A stretch of 61,108 nt of DNA from an uncultured Caulobacterales bacterium (GCA_964342585.1 CAYFHK010000001.1:1-61108); one strand, 5' to 3'. Positions 17,929-28,307 are shown, counted from the stretch's first letter. Made by a program: numbers and translations. Notes: a model not told the origin generated them from the letters alone.

Positions 17929-20079
17929 TTAGTCTGTCCACGGTCTTTTGCCGCGAATGTTGTTGACACCCCGGATCGTGAACTTGCCCTGTTTCGCATA
18001 AATCGTGATTGCGCCGGTTGCCAGTAAGCTTTGGCTCGTGAAGAGCATCGCCGCGCATGAGGGGCGTAACGCCTCTTCTCGCCAAAGTCGCGCGATGACG
18101 ATGTCGGCGTCTCGACATGCGCGCGCCGCGGCCTCCAATTCCTCCGTGTAAGCGATTTTGGTGCCATTGACCGCTGTTGCGTAACAGATGTCGGCACCGC
18201 ACTCGCCAAATTTGTCGATGTCCCGCAGCGGGCGATCATAGCCCTGTCCTTCGAGCCATTTCTCCATCGCAAACCGCTCGCGCCGTCGCGAGGCGATTAC
18301 CACAGGCAATGCGTCCTCTGATGGCGATACGATCTTGATACCGACATTTCCCGCATCTTCCGCGATAAAGACGATCGGCTGATCGGTCCTTGCTCCCACC
18401 AATGGCGCCATCGCGGCGAGCATCAAAAAGCCAAAACGCCAGGGCGCAAAACAGATCGACGCCGCGAAGAGGCCCCCAACCGCAATGCCAAAGGCGAGAA
18501 GCGACCATTGCGGCACGACCTTCACGGCGCCCGGCCACGCGGCAATATGTGCCGTCACCCACAAAATCCCGTCAAAGGCGCGCCCCGCCAGCCACCAGAC
18601 TGGCTCATCTAGGCCAAAGGGCGACAAAGCTAGCCCGGCGACGATCAAGGGCATCACCAACGCAGTGAAGAGCGGCATGGCTGCCAGGTTTGCGACCAGA
18701 CCGAAAACGGCCATTCGGTGAAAATGGAAGATCGCAAACGGGCCTGTCGCAAGCCCCGCCACCAAGCTTGTCATGGACAAGCCGCCGACAAACTTCGCCG
18801 GTGTCCAAAACAAGCCGCGCTCACGAATGGAGGGATATTGCCGCACGAGATCATAGGCTGCGATGAGCGCGGTGACGGCCGCGAACGACATTTGAAAGCC
18901 TGCTGAAAGAATGGCCTCGGGTCGCAAGCACAAAATGATCAGTGCCGCGAAAGCGACATTCCGAAGGCTGATCGCCTGCCGATCAAACAAGATCGCCGTG
19001 AAAGAAACAGCGGCCATGATGAAAGCCCGCTGTGCCGACCACGCCGCGCCGGAGAGTTCGAGATATCCCGCCCCCGCGATCAAGGCGGTGATCGCTGCCC
19101 ATTTCTTGATGGGGAACCGTCCTGCCCATCGCGCGTGAAGGCTCAATGCGAAGCGAATAGCGAAAAAGACAGTGCCGCAAACAAGCCCCATATGCAGCCC
19201 CGAGATCGCCAAGAGATGGGCGAGCCCGGTATCGCGCAACTGATCGGTAATCGCAGGATCGATGCCGCCACGTAGACCCGTGGCCAGCGCTGCGAGCACA
19301 GGGCCAGACTGCGCGCCGCCTGCCGCGCTGATCCGCTGCGCCAAGCCAAGGCGTTTTTCCATCAGCCATTGATTGAGGGTCTGTTGATCATCCCGCGCCA
19401 TAATCCTTGGCGCGCCCAACGCGTAGCCAACGCCGCCGATACGCTCGAAGAAGAGCTGGCGGCCATAATCATATCCGCCCGGAAGCGCGGGCGCCGGCGG
19501 GGGTGACAGCACAGCGCGAATGGCCACCTTATCACCTGGGCGAACCGCCTCGCCTTGCCCTCGCCACGAGACACGGACCCGCGGCGGCAGCGTTTCGGTC
19601 GTCAGCCCGCCAATCTTATTCGGGGCGATCACGTAACGCGCCCCTGCGGCGCGCTGCTCAACGCTCAGAACGGCCCCCTCAACCCAGATCGGGCCAATCT
19701 CCCTCGGGATCATCGTCGCATCGACATGATGGGTTCTGATCATCGCCAAGCTGAACCCGGCCGTCGCGATGGCGAAGGCCAAAAAGACGCCCCGCAGGAA
19801 TTCGAGCCGGCGCCAGTGCGCGACGCCTATTCCCACGAACGAGACCAACAGCCCCCCGAACGGTACTGCCGCGGAAGGCTCCGTACGCAGCGAAAAATAA
19901 CCAAGGATCCCCGTGGCAAGCAGTAACGGCGCCCACAGAAGAAATCGCCCGCGCTCCATAGCCGCCCAGCGCAACAGCAGGGCTTTCCAGTCGGGAGAGA
20001 AGGTCACTGACAGGCGTCGCTTGGCAGCGGCCTGAACTCCCCCTAACACGCCGCTTTCATTTTTCGCGCTGACCGACAT
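17929..20079 (-). CDS. comEC: ComEC/Rec2 DNA uptake channel (DUF4131 + Competence domain)
   Basis: GLAHLLAISGLH, RAFIM and GFQMSF motifs. ATG at 20079 chosen because the longer ORF overlaps gltX. Confidence 0.92.
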   Translation of the reverse strand: MSVSAKNESGVLGGVQAAAKRRLSVTFSPDWKALLLRWAAMERGRFLLWAPLLLATGILGYFSLRTEPSAAVPFGGLLVSFVGIGVAHWRRLEFLRGVFLAFAIATAGFSLAMIRTHHVDATMIPREIGPIWVEGAVLSVEQRAAGARYVIAPNKIGGLTTETLPPRVRVSWRGQGEAVRPGDKVAIRAVLSPPPAPALPGGYDYGRQLFFERIGGVGYALGAPRIMARDDQQTLNQWLMEKRLGLAQRISAAGGAQSGPVLAALATGLRGGIDPAITDQLRDTGLAHLLAISGLHMGLVCGTVFFAIRFALSLHARWAGRFPIKKWAAITALIAGAGYLELSGAAWSAQRAFIMAAVSFTAILFDRQAISLRNVAFAALIILCLRPEAILSAGFQMSFAAVTALIAAYDLVRQYPSIRERGLFWTPAKFVGGLSMTSLVAGLATGPFAIFHFHRMAVFGLVANLAAMPLFTALVMPLIVAGLALSPFGLDEPVWWLAGRAFDGILWVTAHIAAWPGAVKVVPQWSLLAFGIAVGGLFAASICFAPWRFGFLMLAAMAPLVGARTDQPIVFIAEDAGNVGIKIVSPSEDALPVVIASRRRERFAMEKWLEGQGYDRPLRDIDKFGECGADICYATAVNGTKIAYTEELEAAARACRDADIVIARLWREEALRPSCAAMLFTSQSLLATGAITIYAKQGKFTIRGVNNIRGKRPWTD

Positions 20080-20088
20080 CGGAGCACC

Positions 20089-21489
20089 ATGGCAGAGCCG
20101 ACCAAGATTGTGACCCGTTTCGCGCCCTCGCCGACGGGCTTTTTGCACATTGGCGGCGCCCGCACCGCCCTGTTCAATTGGCTCTTGGCGCGCGGGTCTT
20201 CTGCCGCGCCAGGGTCGAAATTTCTCCTTCGCATCGAAGATACCGATCGCGCGCGCCACAATGACGACGCCGTTCAGGCGATCCTTGATGGGCTGAACTG
20301 GCTCGGCCTCGATTGGGATGGGGAGCCTGTTAGCCAGTTTTCCCGCATCGACCGACATGCGGAGGTCGCCAGATCACTTTTGGAGGCGGGGCACGCCTAT
20401 CGCTGTTGGCTTGAGGGCGACGCGTTAGATAGCGCCCGAAATGAAGCGCGCGAGAACAACATCCGCTTCACGAGCCCCTGGCGCGACCACGCAGGCCCCT
20501 ATCCCGACACGCCCTACGCGGTCCGCCTCAAGGCGCCGATCGAGGGCGAAACTGTGATTGCCGATCAAGTGCAAGGCGATGTCGCCTTCCCGAACAAAGC
20601 GCTCGACGACATGGTTTTGCTGAGGGCCGACGGCACGCCGACCTATATGCTCGCTGTGGTGGTCGATGATCACGACATGGGCGTGACCCACGTCCTGCGC
20701 GGCGATGACCACCTGATCAATGCGGGGCGCCAGCAGCAGTTGATCGACGCCCTCGGCTGGGATCGGCCCATTTATGCCCATGTGCCGCTCATCCACGGCG
20801 ATGATGGGAAAAAACTATCAAAACGGCATGGTGCCCTTGGTGTCGAAGCGTATCGCGACATGGGATACCTAGCCGAGGGCTTGCGCAACGCGCTTCTGCG
20901 GCTTGGCTGGTCGCATGGCGATGACGAGATCATCCCGACGCTACAAGCGCTCGATTGGTTCGATTTGAAGGGATTGAACAAAGCCCCAGCACGGCTCGAC
21001 ATTGACCGCTTTGCGTCCATCAACGCCCACTATATCGCCGCGATGGACGATGCGGCGTTTGTATCCGCGGCGCTGCCGTTCTTGGATCCCTCGCCCACGG
21101 CAGCGCAGCGAGCCAGCCTCGAGCGCGGCGCGCCGCAGCTGAAGGCGCGGTGCCAAACCCTCGCGGATTTGGGTGCTGCAGCGGCGTATTTGCTCATTGA
21201 GCGACCTCTGCAGATCGAAGGCAAGGCGGGAAAACCGCTGCGACAAGACGGCGCAAAAGACGTTTTGGCGGCCGTCGCCGACGCGCTATCAGGCCTTGAG
21301 CCTTGGACCATCGACGCGCTAACGGGCGCACTCGAAAAGGTTGCAACCGCGCTTGATCTCCCGTTTGGAAAGGTCGGTCCGCCCGTTCGGGCCGCGTTAA
21401 CCGCAGGGCAGCCTTCACCTGCGTTGGGCGAGACACTTTACGCCCTTGGCAAAGAGGAGTCTTTGGCGCGACTTGCCGACCAGCGTTGA
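20089..21489 (+). CDS. gltX: Glutamate--tRNA ligase
   Basis: RFAPSPTGFLHIGG, LRIEDTD and KLSKRHG motifs. Confidence 0.98.
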   Translation: MAEPTKIVTRFAPSPTGFLHIGGARTALFNWLLARGSSAAPGSKFLLRIEDTDRARHNDDAVQAILDGLNWLGLDWDGEPVSQFSRIDRHAEVARSLLEAGHAYRCWLEGDALDSARNEARENNIRFTSPWRDHAGPYPDTPYAVRLKAPIEGETVIADQVQGDVAFPNKALDDMVLLRADGTPTYMLAVVVDDHDMGVTHVLRGDDHLINAGRQQQLIDALGWDRPIYAHVPLIHGDDGKKLSKRHGALGVEAYRDMGYLAEGLRNALLRLGWSHGDDEIIPTLQALDWFDLKGLNKAPARLDIDRFASINAHYIAAMDDAAFVSAALPFLDPSPTAAQRASLERGAPQLKARCQTLADLGAAAAYLLIERPLQIEGKAGKPLRQDGAKDVLAAVADALSGLEPWTIDALTGALEKVATALDLPFGKVGPPVRAALTAGQPSPALGETLYALGKEESLARLADQR

Positions 21490-21528
21490 AACAGTATTGT
21501 CGCACTGCACATAAGTCAGGCATGACCC

Positions 21529-21561
21529 ACCGGCCGCGCGTTTTTTTCGGCCGGTTCCTTT
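21529..21561 (+). terminator. Hairpin after gltX, possible terminator
   Basis: ACCGGCCG-11nt-CGGCCGGT followed by only a weak T tract (TCCTTT). Confidence 0.35.
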
Positions 21562-21628
21562 GCCGCTAGCCCCTCACCAGGTGCCAAGCGGCCTTTCAGA
21601 TTGAACAAGAACGAAACTGGAGTGAGCC

Positions 21629-22918
21629 ATGGAAAGCAAACTAACGCCCTCGGGGACCGTCCAGATCGAGGGGGCGGATTTCCCCGTCTACTCGCCGACC
21701 CATGGCCAAGACGTGATCGATATCCGCGCGCTGGCGAAGGAAACCAATAAGTTCACCTTCGACCCTGGCTTCACGTCGACGGCCTCATGCGAAAGCCAAA
21801 TTACGTTTATCGACGGGGACGAAGGCACGCTCCTCTATCGCGGCTATCCCATCGATGAGTTGGCCGAACAATCCGACTTTATCGAGTCAGCTTATCTGTT
21901 GCTGCATGGTGAGCTGCCCAAAGACGACGAGCTGTCGAAGTTCAGAGACGACATCACCTACCACACGATGGTGCATGAGCACTTCAAGAACTTCTTCAAT
22001 GGCTTCCGCCGCGACGCGCACCCGATGGCCGTGCTTTGTGGTGCCGTCGGCGCCCTCTCCGCTTTCTATCACGACTCAACCGACATCTATAATCCGCAAG
22101 ACCGGATGATTGCGGTTCACCGGCTGATCGCAAAAATGCCGACCATCGCGGCGATGGCGTATAAGTATAGCGTAGGTCAGCCTTTCGTCTTTCCGCGTAA
22201 CGACCTTCATTACACCGAAAACTTTATGCACATGTGCTTTTCGGTGCCTGCGGAAGACTATGAGATCAATAAGGTCGCGGCTTCGGCTCTCGACAAGATC
22301 TTCATTCTCCACATGGATCACGAGCAGAACGCCTCGACTTCGACCGTTCGGCTCGCAGGCTCTTCGGGCGCGAACCCCTTCGCCTGTATCGCAGCAGGGA
22401 TTGCGTGTCTTTGGGGCCCGGCCCACGGCGGTGCAAACGAAGCCGCACTGCGTATGCTGATGGAAATTGGCTCTGTCGACCGCATTCCTGAATATATCAA
22501 GAAAGCGAAAGACAAGAGCGATCCCTTCCGCTTGATGGGCTTTGGCCACCGCGTGTACAAAAACTACGATCCACGCGCGAAGGTGATGCAAAAGGCCACT
22601 CACGAAGTGCTCCAGGCACTGAACATCAACGACCCGCTGTTCGACGTGGCAAAAGAGCTTGAGCGTATTGCCCTCGAAGACGAGTATTTCGTTGAGAAGA
22701 AGCTGTACCCAAATATCGACTTCTATTCGGGCATTACGCTTCGCGCATTGGGCTTCCCCACCGAGATGTTCACGGCGCTGTTCGCGCTTGCACGAACCGT
22801 GGGCTGGATCGCGCAATGGGAAGAAATGCTGACCGACCCGAACCAGAAAATCGGCCGTCCACGGCAGATCTATACGGGCGCCGCAAAACGCAGCTTCGTG
22901 CCGATCGGCCAACGCTAA
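21629..22918 (+). CDS. gltA: Citrate synthase (type II)
   Basis: [36 protein letters not shown] and YPNIDFYSG motifs. Confidence 0.99.
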   Translation: MESKLTPSGTVQIEGADFPVYSPTHGQDVIDIRALAKETNKFTFDPGFTSTASCESQITFIDGDEGTLLYRGYPIDELAEQSDFIESAYLLLHGELPKDDELSKFRDDITYHTMVHEHFKNFFNGFRRDAHPMAVLCGAVGALSAFYHDSTDIYNPQDRMIAVHRLIAKMPTIAAMAYKYSVGQPFVFPRNDLHYTENFMHMCFSVPAEDYEINKVAASALDKIFILHMDHEQNASTSTVRLAGSSGANPFACIAAGIACLWGPAHGGANEAALRMLMEIGSVDRIPEYIKKAKDKSDPFRLMGFGHRVYKNYDPRAKVMQKATHEVLQALNINDPLFDVAKELERIALEDEYFVEKKLYPNIDFYSGITLRALGFPTEMFTALFALARTVGWIAQWEEMLTDPNQKIGRPRQIYTGAAKRSFVPIGQR

Positions 22919-22923
22919 ATACT

Positions 22924-22960
22924 AAAAAACCCGCCGCGCGGCCCGCGGCGGGTTTTCTTT
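22924..22960. terminator. Bidirectional rho-independent terminator
   Basis: AAAACCCGCCGCG-CGGCC-CGCGGCGGGTTTT between the convergent gltA and aldolase genes. Confidence 0.9.
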
Positions 22961-22978
22961 CATCCGTCGACGTCAGGC

Positions 22979-23824
22979 TTAGATATCGAAGCCCGGGAAC
23001 ACCCGGTTCAACCGCCGCATCAATCCCGGCCACACCAGTCTGTCGCCAATGCCAGGCTGGTAGATCGGCGCGGTCTGTTTCCCCACCAGTGCTGAAATTT
23101 CCGGCCCCGCATCGATAAGGCCTTCTTGGGCCCCGGCTTGCGCCCGGATCTGCACTTCGCAAGCCTTCTCAAGCCAATACATCCGCATGAAAGCCGCGGC
23201 GCAGTTCTTCCCGACGGTGAGCGTGCCGTGATTGTGAAGGATCATGCAGCTCTTCTCGCCGAGATCGGCGATCAGGCGGTCACGCTCATCGAGATTGAGC
23301 GCGATGCCCTCATAGTCGTGATACGCCACATCATCATGCACCTGCATGGCGAATTGGGAGTAGCGGCGAAGGCCCTGTTTCTGGACGGACACTGCCATGC
23401 CAGCGGGCGCATGAATATGGATGACGCAGCCAGCATCCTCGCGGGCGCTGTGGACGGCAGAATGGATGGTGAAGCCCGCCGGGTTCGCCGGGAACGGGCT
23501 CTCTATCACCTTGTTGCCGTCAATGTCGATTTTCAAAAGGCTCGACGCGGTGATCTCTTCAAACAAAAGCCCATAGGGGTTGATCAGGAATCGGTGATGG
23601 CCGTCCTCATCGGGCAGGCGCGCAGAAATGTGGGTGAAGACGATGTCATCCCAACCAAACATCGCGATCAGGCGGTAGGTCGCGGCAAGGTCGCAACGTA
23701 ATGCCCATTCCTCCTCCGAGACCTCGTGTTTGAGTGAGGGAAGGTCGTCTGGCGTCGTCGCCTCGGCGGCCATGTCGTAGGACGACGCTAATGTGCCTTG
23801 TGCACCCTGCTCGGATTTGGTCAT
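22979..23824 (-). CDS. Class II aldolase/adducin-family protein
   Basis: LAATYRL..THISAR, INPYG.LFEEITASSL, GFTIHSAVH, HIH and NHG motifs. ATG at 23824 has a GGGAG SD. Confidence 0.93.
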   Translation of the reverse strand: MTKSEQGAQGTLASSYDMAAEATTPDDLPSLKHEVSEEEWALRCDLAATYRLIAMFGWDDIVFTHISARLPDEDGHHRFLINPYGLLFEEITASSLLKIDIDGNKVIESPFPANPAGFTIHSAVHSAREDAGCVIHIHAPAGMAVSVQKQGLRRYSQFAMQVHDDVAYHDYEGIALNLDERDRLIADLGEKSCMILHNHGTLTVGKNCAAAFMRMYWLEKACEVQIRAQAGAQEGLIDAGPEISALVGKQTAPIYQPGIGDRLVWPGLMRRLNRVFPGFDI

Positions 23825-23928
23825 TGTCAGCTCCCTGGCTTCGACATCCTTTGGTGATGTCGCAATTATAAGCTCTAAGGCCCGCGCAAACTGTAGCGGG
23901 AGATCTTGCGAGCGGACAACTAGGCTAT

Positions 23929-24774
23929 GTGATGCGCGAACCTGGACCAAGCCCCTTTTCCCGCCCCTCGCCCGCGGCGCAGACGGCGACGGACCATTTG
24001 TTCGATCCCAAAGCCGGCGAGATCTGCTTTGTGGCGAGCGACCGGAAACAAGCGCAGCATGCCCTAGGAGAGCTCACCGCCCGCTACGGCAATTGCCCGC
24101 ATCAGGATGCCAAAGTGATCGTTGTCTTGGGCGGCGATGGCACGCTGCTCGAAGAGCTACGCAATATCATGCGCCTGGATATTCCGGTTTACGGCATGAA
24201 TTGCGGCACGGTCGGGTTTTTGATGAACAGCTACTCGCCCGACAATTTGATCGAACGTATTGCCGCTGCGGACTGGGTGCAGATTAACCCGTTGAAGATG
24301 ACGGTGATTGATCGGGACGGCACCACCCACGAAGCCCATGCGATCAACGAAATCGCGCTTTTGCGGGAAACACGGCAAACCGCGCGGCTTACGATCAAGG
24401 TCAATGGGCGTATCCGCATGGAGCAACTCATTTGCGACGGGGTGCTGCTCGCGACCCCTGCTGGGTCAACGGCCTATAACCTTTCCGCCCATGGGCCGAT
24501 CCTGCCAATCATGTCGAACCTGCTGGCGCTCACGCCCATCAGCCCGTTCAGGCCCCGTCGCTGGCGCGGCGCCCTCCTGCCTTACCGCTCAGAGCTGGAA
24601 ATCATCGTTCAAGAACCGGATTTCCGAACTGTGCTGGTGACAGCAGATAATGTCGAAGTGCGCGATGTTGTGAATGTGAAGGGCGCCATCGACCCTTCCG
24701 TCGAAATGCGTCTCCTCTTTGACCCCGGCGCAGGGCTTGAAGAGCGCATCGTAGAAGAACAATTCTCGTACTAG
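23929..24774 (+). CDS. nadK: NAD kinase
   Basis: LGGDGT, GTVGFL, AINE and DG..ATPAGSTAYNLSAHGP motifs. Start uncertain (23929, 23932 or 23998). Confidence 0.95.
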   Translation: MMREPGPSPFSRPSPAAQTATDHLFDPKAGEICFVASDRKQAQHALGELTARYGNCPHQDAKVIVVLGGDGTLLEELRNIMRLDIPVYGMNCGTVGFLMNSYSPDNLIERIAAADWVQINPLKMTVIDRDGTTHEAHAINEIALLRETRQTARLTIKVNGRIRMEQLICDGVLLATPAGSTAYNLSAHGPILPIMSNLLALTPISPFRPRRWRGALLPYRSELEIIVQEPDFRTVLVTADNVEVRDVVNVKGAIDPSVEMRLLFDPGAGLEERIVEEQFSY

Positions 24775-24905
24775 TCGCTAAGGGCTGGTTCTTTTCACGG
24801 AATCGGGCGACGTTTTTTTCTCATTACTGCTTGACATAATCCCGCTTTCAGACCTCGTTAACCGCGCGGCTGATATCGAGAGGGGCGATATTTGATGGGT
24901 GTCGA

Positions 24906-26720
24906 ATGACCGCGCGCGCCGTCAGACTTACAAATGTCGATATCGACAACGCGCTGGCAAACGCTCATCTCGAGACCGTTTTCCAGCCGATTGTGTCGTT
25001 GAGCGATCGACATATCCTCCGTCACGAGGTTTTCGTGCGGTGGGAGCATCCTGGCTTGGGCAATCTCCCGCCGGGCGCCTTTATTACGTTCTTCGAAAAC
25101 CAGGGCCGGATGGGCGAGCTCACGCGTTATGTGCTCGAACAGGCATTGCGGACATATCAGCCCGGCGGCGCTATAGCGCATGGCGGCCTTTCGTTGAATC
25201 TCGCGCCCAGCGATTTGGCCGATGAGAAGCTCCCCGATGACATTGCCGCGCTCCTCAGCACTTATGACGTGGCGCCAGGCGAGCTGACACTCGAATGCCC
25301 GCCCTTCGCACCTGACGTTCCCCATAATGATCAACGGAAACGCTACCAGGCATTAGCCGAGACCGGCTGCCCCGTAGCGCTTGAGATCCGGTTGCGCACG
25401 TCAGAAGCAACGAATTTGCTCGACCCGTTCCCGTTCGGCGAGATCAAAGCCGGGGGCAGCTCAATCCTCCGCTATGCACGAACGGCTCGAGGTGGCCCCG
25501 GCATGAGTTCCCTATCCGAACTGTTGGCCTTTGCCGGGGACAAGGGTGCACGGATGACCGCCGTTGGCATTGAAGAAGCGGGCGCTGCTGAAGCCCTTGC
25601 CACGTTGGGTTTCCAGGCCGGCCAAGGCAATGCCCTCGCGCGTACCGGACATTTGCGCACAACGCGAACCCTCACCCAACGCATCGCCAACAGCCCGAAG
25701 ACGGCGCCATCGGCCCTAGCGGAAAAAGCGCATGCTGAGGAAGCACAATCGGGCGAAGAAAAAACTCCCGATACGGAAAATGAAAGCGCCGACACGCAAC
25801 GCAAAGCGCGGATCGCCGCGGCAAAACGCACGGCGCTCCGTCGGTTTCATGCAGCGCGCAACGCACAACAGACCGCACGACCCGGCCCTGCGCCCGTTCC
25901 TGTCGAAGAAGAGAATGACGGTGCTTCCGAAGCCGTTGCCACCGCGCGGAAACTGCAACGACACCTGGAAGAAAGTTTAGGTGATCGTACGCTCGCGGAC
26001 GGCACACTGCCCGTTTTAGAGCCCGTCGCACTCACATCGATCGAACTCGGGATCGGCGTCACGGCCGGTTTCTCCAACGGTCTGCGACTCGACGGCTATG
26101 ACAGCCCTGTTGGCAGCGTCGGGCCAGATGGGATGAAGGCACAAACCGCGGGCGCCATTAACCCGCTCGTCAGTTTCGCGCCAGTGCAAAACCCAGCGGA
26201 AAAACCGGATCCACGGACGATCGATGAGCTTTTGAACGCTCTGCCCTCTGACTTTGTCATGCGCGCGCAGGCAGCCCAGGCCGAAGCCGCCGAGGCCCCT
26301 TCTCCAGCCGACATGGATGAGATGGCCGAGGACCTCACCTCAGAGGCTGATGAGCTCGATGGCGTGGTCGCACAATTGCCGGAGATCGAGGAGACATCAG
26401 AGGCGGAGGACGTCGACGCCGAGGCGATTGCGGTGGCGTCCGCTGAGTTCTCTCTGCGCGATGATCACGATGCGGTAAATGCCGATGCGGCAGGTTTAGA
26501 GCAGACGGAAGAGCTCCAAGGCGATCTGTCTACCCACGACCTTGTCGCCACGCCCAGCTCTTACGATGAAGACGAACCAAGCTTCTTCGCAACGGTCGGC
26601 GCCACAACACTCAGAGTGCTGAGAAGAAAATATCGAATCACGCACTTCTGGCCACGGAGCTTCAAGCGTGCCTGGCATCGCTATCAAGCGTCACGCCAGG
26701 AAAGCCTCTACGAATCTTAG
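24906..26720 (+). CDS. Degenerate EAL-domain protein with long acidic/disordered C-terminal tail
   Basis: FQPIV..EVFVRWEHP..PGAFI..SLNL..TLE pattern, with the DDFGTG, KID and AEGVE motifs altered. Confidence 0.8.
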   Translation: MTARAVRLTNVDIDNALANAHLETVFQPIVSLSDRHILRHEVFVRWEHPGLGNLPPGAFITFFENQGRMGELTRYVLEQALRTYQPGGAIAHGGLSLNLAPSDLADEKLPDDIAALLSTYDVAPGELTLECPPFAPDVPHNDQRKRYQALAETGCPVALEIRLRTSEATNLLDPFPFGEIKAGGSSILRYARTARGGPGMSSLSELLAFAGDKGARMTAVGIEEAGAAEALATLGFQAGQGNALARTGHLRTTRTLTQRIANSPKTAPSALAEKAHAEEAQSGEEKTPDTENESADTQRKARIAAAKRTALRRFHAARNAQQTARPGPAPVPVEEENDGASEAVATARKLQRHLEESLGDRTLADGTLPVLEPVALTSIELGIGVTAGFSNGLRLDGYDSPVGSVGPDGMKAQTAGAINPLVSFAPVQNPAEKPDPRTIDELLNALPSDFVMRAQAAQAEAAEAPSPADMDEMAEDLTSEADELDGVVAQLPEIEETSEAEDVDAEAIAVASAEFSLRDDHDAVNADAAGLEQTEELQGDLSTHDLVATPSSYDEDEPSFFATVGATTLRVLRRKYRITHFWPRSFKRAWHRYQASRQESLYES

Positions 26721-27701
26721 GACCTCTTGCGCTGTCCAAGGCGCGAGCAAGACACCGTTTCGGTCATGCCCCAACGCATAAATCAGGTTATCGGTATCGG
26801 CCGAGCGCTCAACGATGGGCCGCCCGGTAGGAGAGGCTGGCCGCACCCCCTCAAAACGCCCGACGACATCACCTTTCGCAAGATCTGGCCAATAGCCAAT
26901 CGCCCGCTGCCATAAATCATCGAGCGAATTGGCCCCGCCCGTGATGAGATCGTCCGCTACCGTCGGTTCCTCGGTGGCGCCGACATAGAGATAGCCGTCA
27001 GACTTCGGACAGAAATATACATCCGCTGCCCGCATCACGCGGCCGCCGGAGATGTCTTTAATCCCCGCCACCGAAAATGCTCGTCCCGGAACGGCCATCA
27101 GCGGCGGCGTCAATTCCGAGATCGGTGAAGTTTCAAAGCCGGTCGCGAAGATCACCAGATCGGCCGCGAGGCGGTCGCGCTCATCGGTGATCAGCTCAGT
27201 CACGCGCCCATTGGCCATTTCGACCGCCACCGCGTTAGCCTCGAGCACTGTGATCGCGTGGCGGTCACCGGCAACGCTTAACGCCTGAAGCAATCGCCGC
27301 GGGTCGGCCTGACCTTCGCCTTCTACAAGCGTGAACACCGACGCGTTCAGCGCCCCAACGGGATCAATCTCGCGAGCCCCCGGGATCCGTTCAGCCGATA
27401 AGTCGAGCCCGATGATCCCGTTTCGGTGGTAGTCGATGTCCATGTCGCTGGCAGTTGCCAAGTCTTGCGCGAACCCATCCCACAAGCCGAGCGCCGCGTG
27501 TCCGACCATCGCGCTCGCTTCTGTCGCACGCGGGTGAAGCGCCTCAAAACTCGGCGCCAACATCCCCGCTGCCGCTGCACTCGCCTTCGGCCGACGGCCG
27601 GCCAGCAAAGTGATAGTCCCCACGCTTTTTTCAGCAAGGCGCCAAGCCACGCTGCGGCCGATGATGCCGCCTCCGACCACGATGACACTTGGCTTACGCA
27701 T
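26691..27701 (-). CDS. FAD-dependent oxidoreductase, glycine oxidase ThiO/DAO-like
   Basis: VVGGGIIG, ASAAAAGML, VGATEE, GVRP and GHDRNGVLLAP motifs. Confidence 0.85.
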   Translation of the reverse strand: MRKPSVIVVGGGIIGRSVAWRLAEKSVGTITLLAGRRPKASAAAAGMLAPSFEALHPRATEASAMVGHAALGLWDGFAQDLATASDMDIDYHRNGIIGLDLSAERIPGAREIDPVGALNASVFTLVEGEGQADPRRLLQALSVAGDRHAITVLEANAVAVEMANGRVTELITDERDRLAADLVIFATGFETSPISELTPPLMAVPGRAFSVAGIKDISGGRVMRAADVYFCPKSDGYLYVGATEEPTVADDLITGGANSLDDLWQRAIGYWPDLAKGDVVGRFEGVRPASPTGRPIVERSADTDNLIYALGHDRNGVLLAPWTAQEVLRFVEAFLA

Positions 27702-27746
27702 TTGGCGTTGCGGGCTAAGGCACTCACTGGCTCACGCGCAAGAGCT

Positions 27747-28307
27747 TTAGATGACGCGGGGCTGCGCGCGACCCGCCATGAGTTGCGTCTTCTCTCGCGA
27801 ATCCACGGAAGAGCCGAAGAAGAAGTTGACCACCGCGACGGCCATGGTCGTGAGCGCCCCAAGCAAAATCGAAAATTCCGTCTCGTGCCCCTGCGGCACG
27901 GCATGGAAAAACATCAGGCAAAGAACACCGAAGAAACCGGCGATAATCGCGACACCGAGAACCGCTGGCGTGATATCCCGCATGGCCACATGCCGCGCCC
28001 GCGCATCGGCACGATCCCCGGCTGCAATACGCTCGGCTTCAAGACCGGCCTCCAACAGTGCCGTCCAAAATTCGTGATCTGCTGCTCTGATTGCTGCAAA
28101 AACCTCCGGCCGCCCGGCAGCCAGCGCGGCTTCTAAGGCGCGGCCGTCCGAATCATCGGCGGATCGATCGCCAAGCACCGCACGGCTTAGCGCCTCGACC
28201 GCGGCACCTGTGAGGGGGCCGCCGATCGCGGCCCCGATGGTTGGCGCGATATCGCGCACCGCGCGTTTCAAACGGCTATGCAGCGGCCGCCGCCGTTCCT
28301 CGGCCAT
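27747..28307 (-). CDS. Phage holin-like membrane protein (3TM-holin-like family)
   Basis: IAPTIGAAIGGPL..DRADARAR..two TM helices..VNFFFGSS pattern, typical of phage lysis-region membrane proteins. ATG at 28307 has an AAGGAG SD. Confidence 0.6.
   Translation of the reverse strand: MAEERRRPLHSRLKRAVRDIAPTIGAAIGGPLTGAAVEALSRAVLGDRSADDSDGRALEAALAAGRPEVFAAIRAADHEFWTALLEAGLEAERIAAGDRADARARHVAMRDITPAVLGVAIIAGFFGVLCLMFFHAVPQGHETEFSILLGALTTMAVAVVNFFFGSSVDSREKTQLMAGRAQPRVI

Noticed and set aside
20080-20358. N-terminal extension of the 809-aa comEC ORF
   Set aside because: It is the antisense of the conserved gltX 5' end.
22076-22912. 278-aa antisense ORF within gltA
   Set aside because: Shadow ORF caused by high-GC codon bias; no recognisable motifs.
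24831-24836. TTGACA -35 box upstream of the EAL gene
   Set aside because: No convincing -10 element at 16-18 bp spacing, so it is not called as a promoter.
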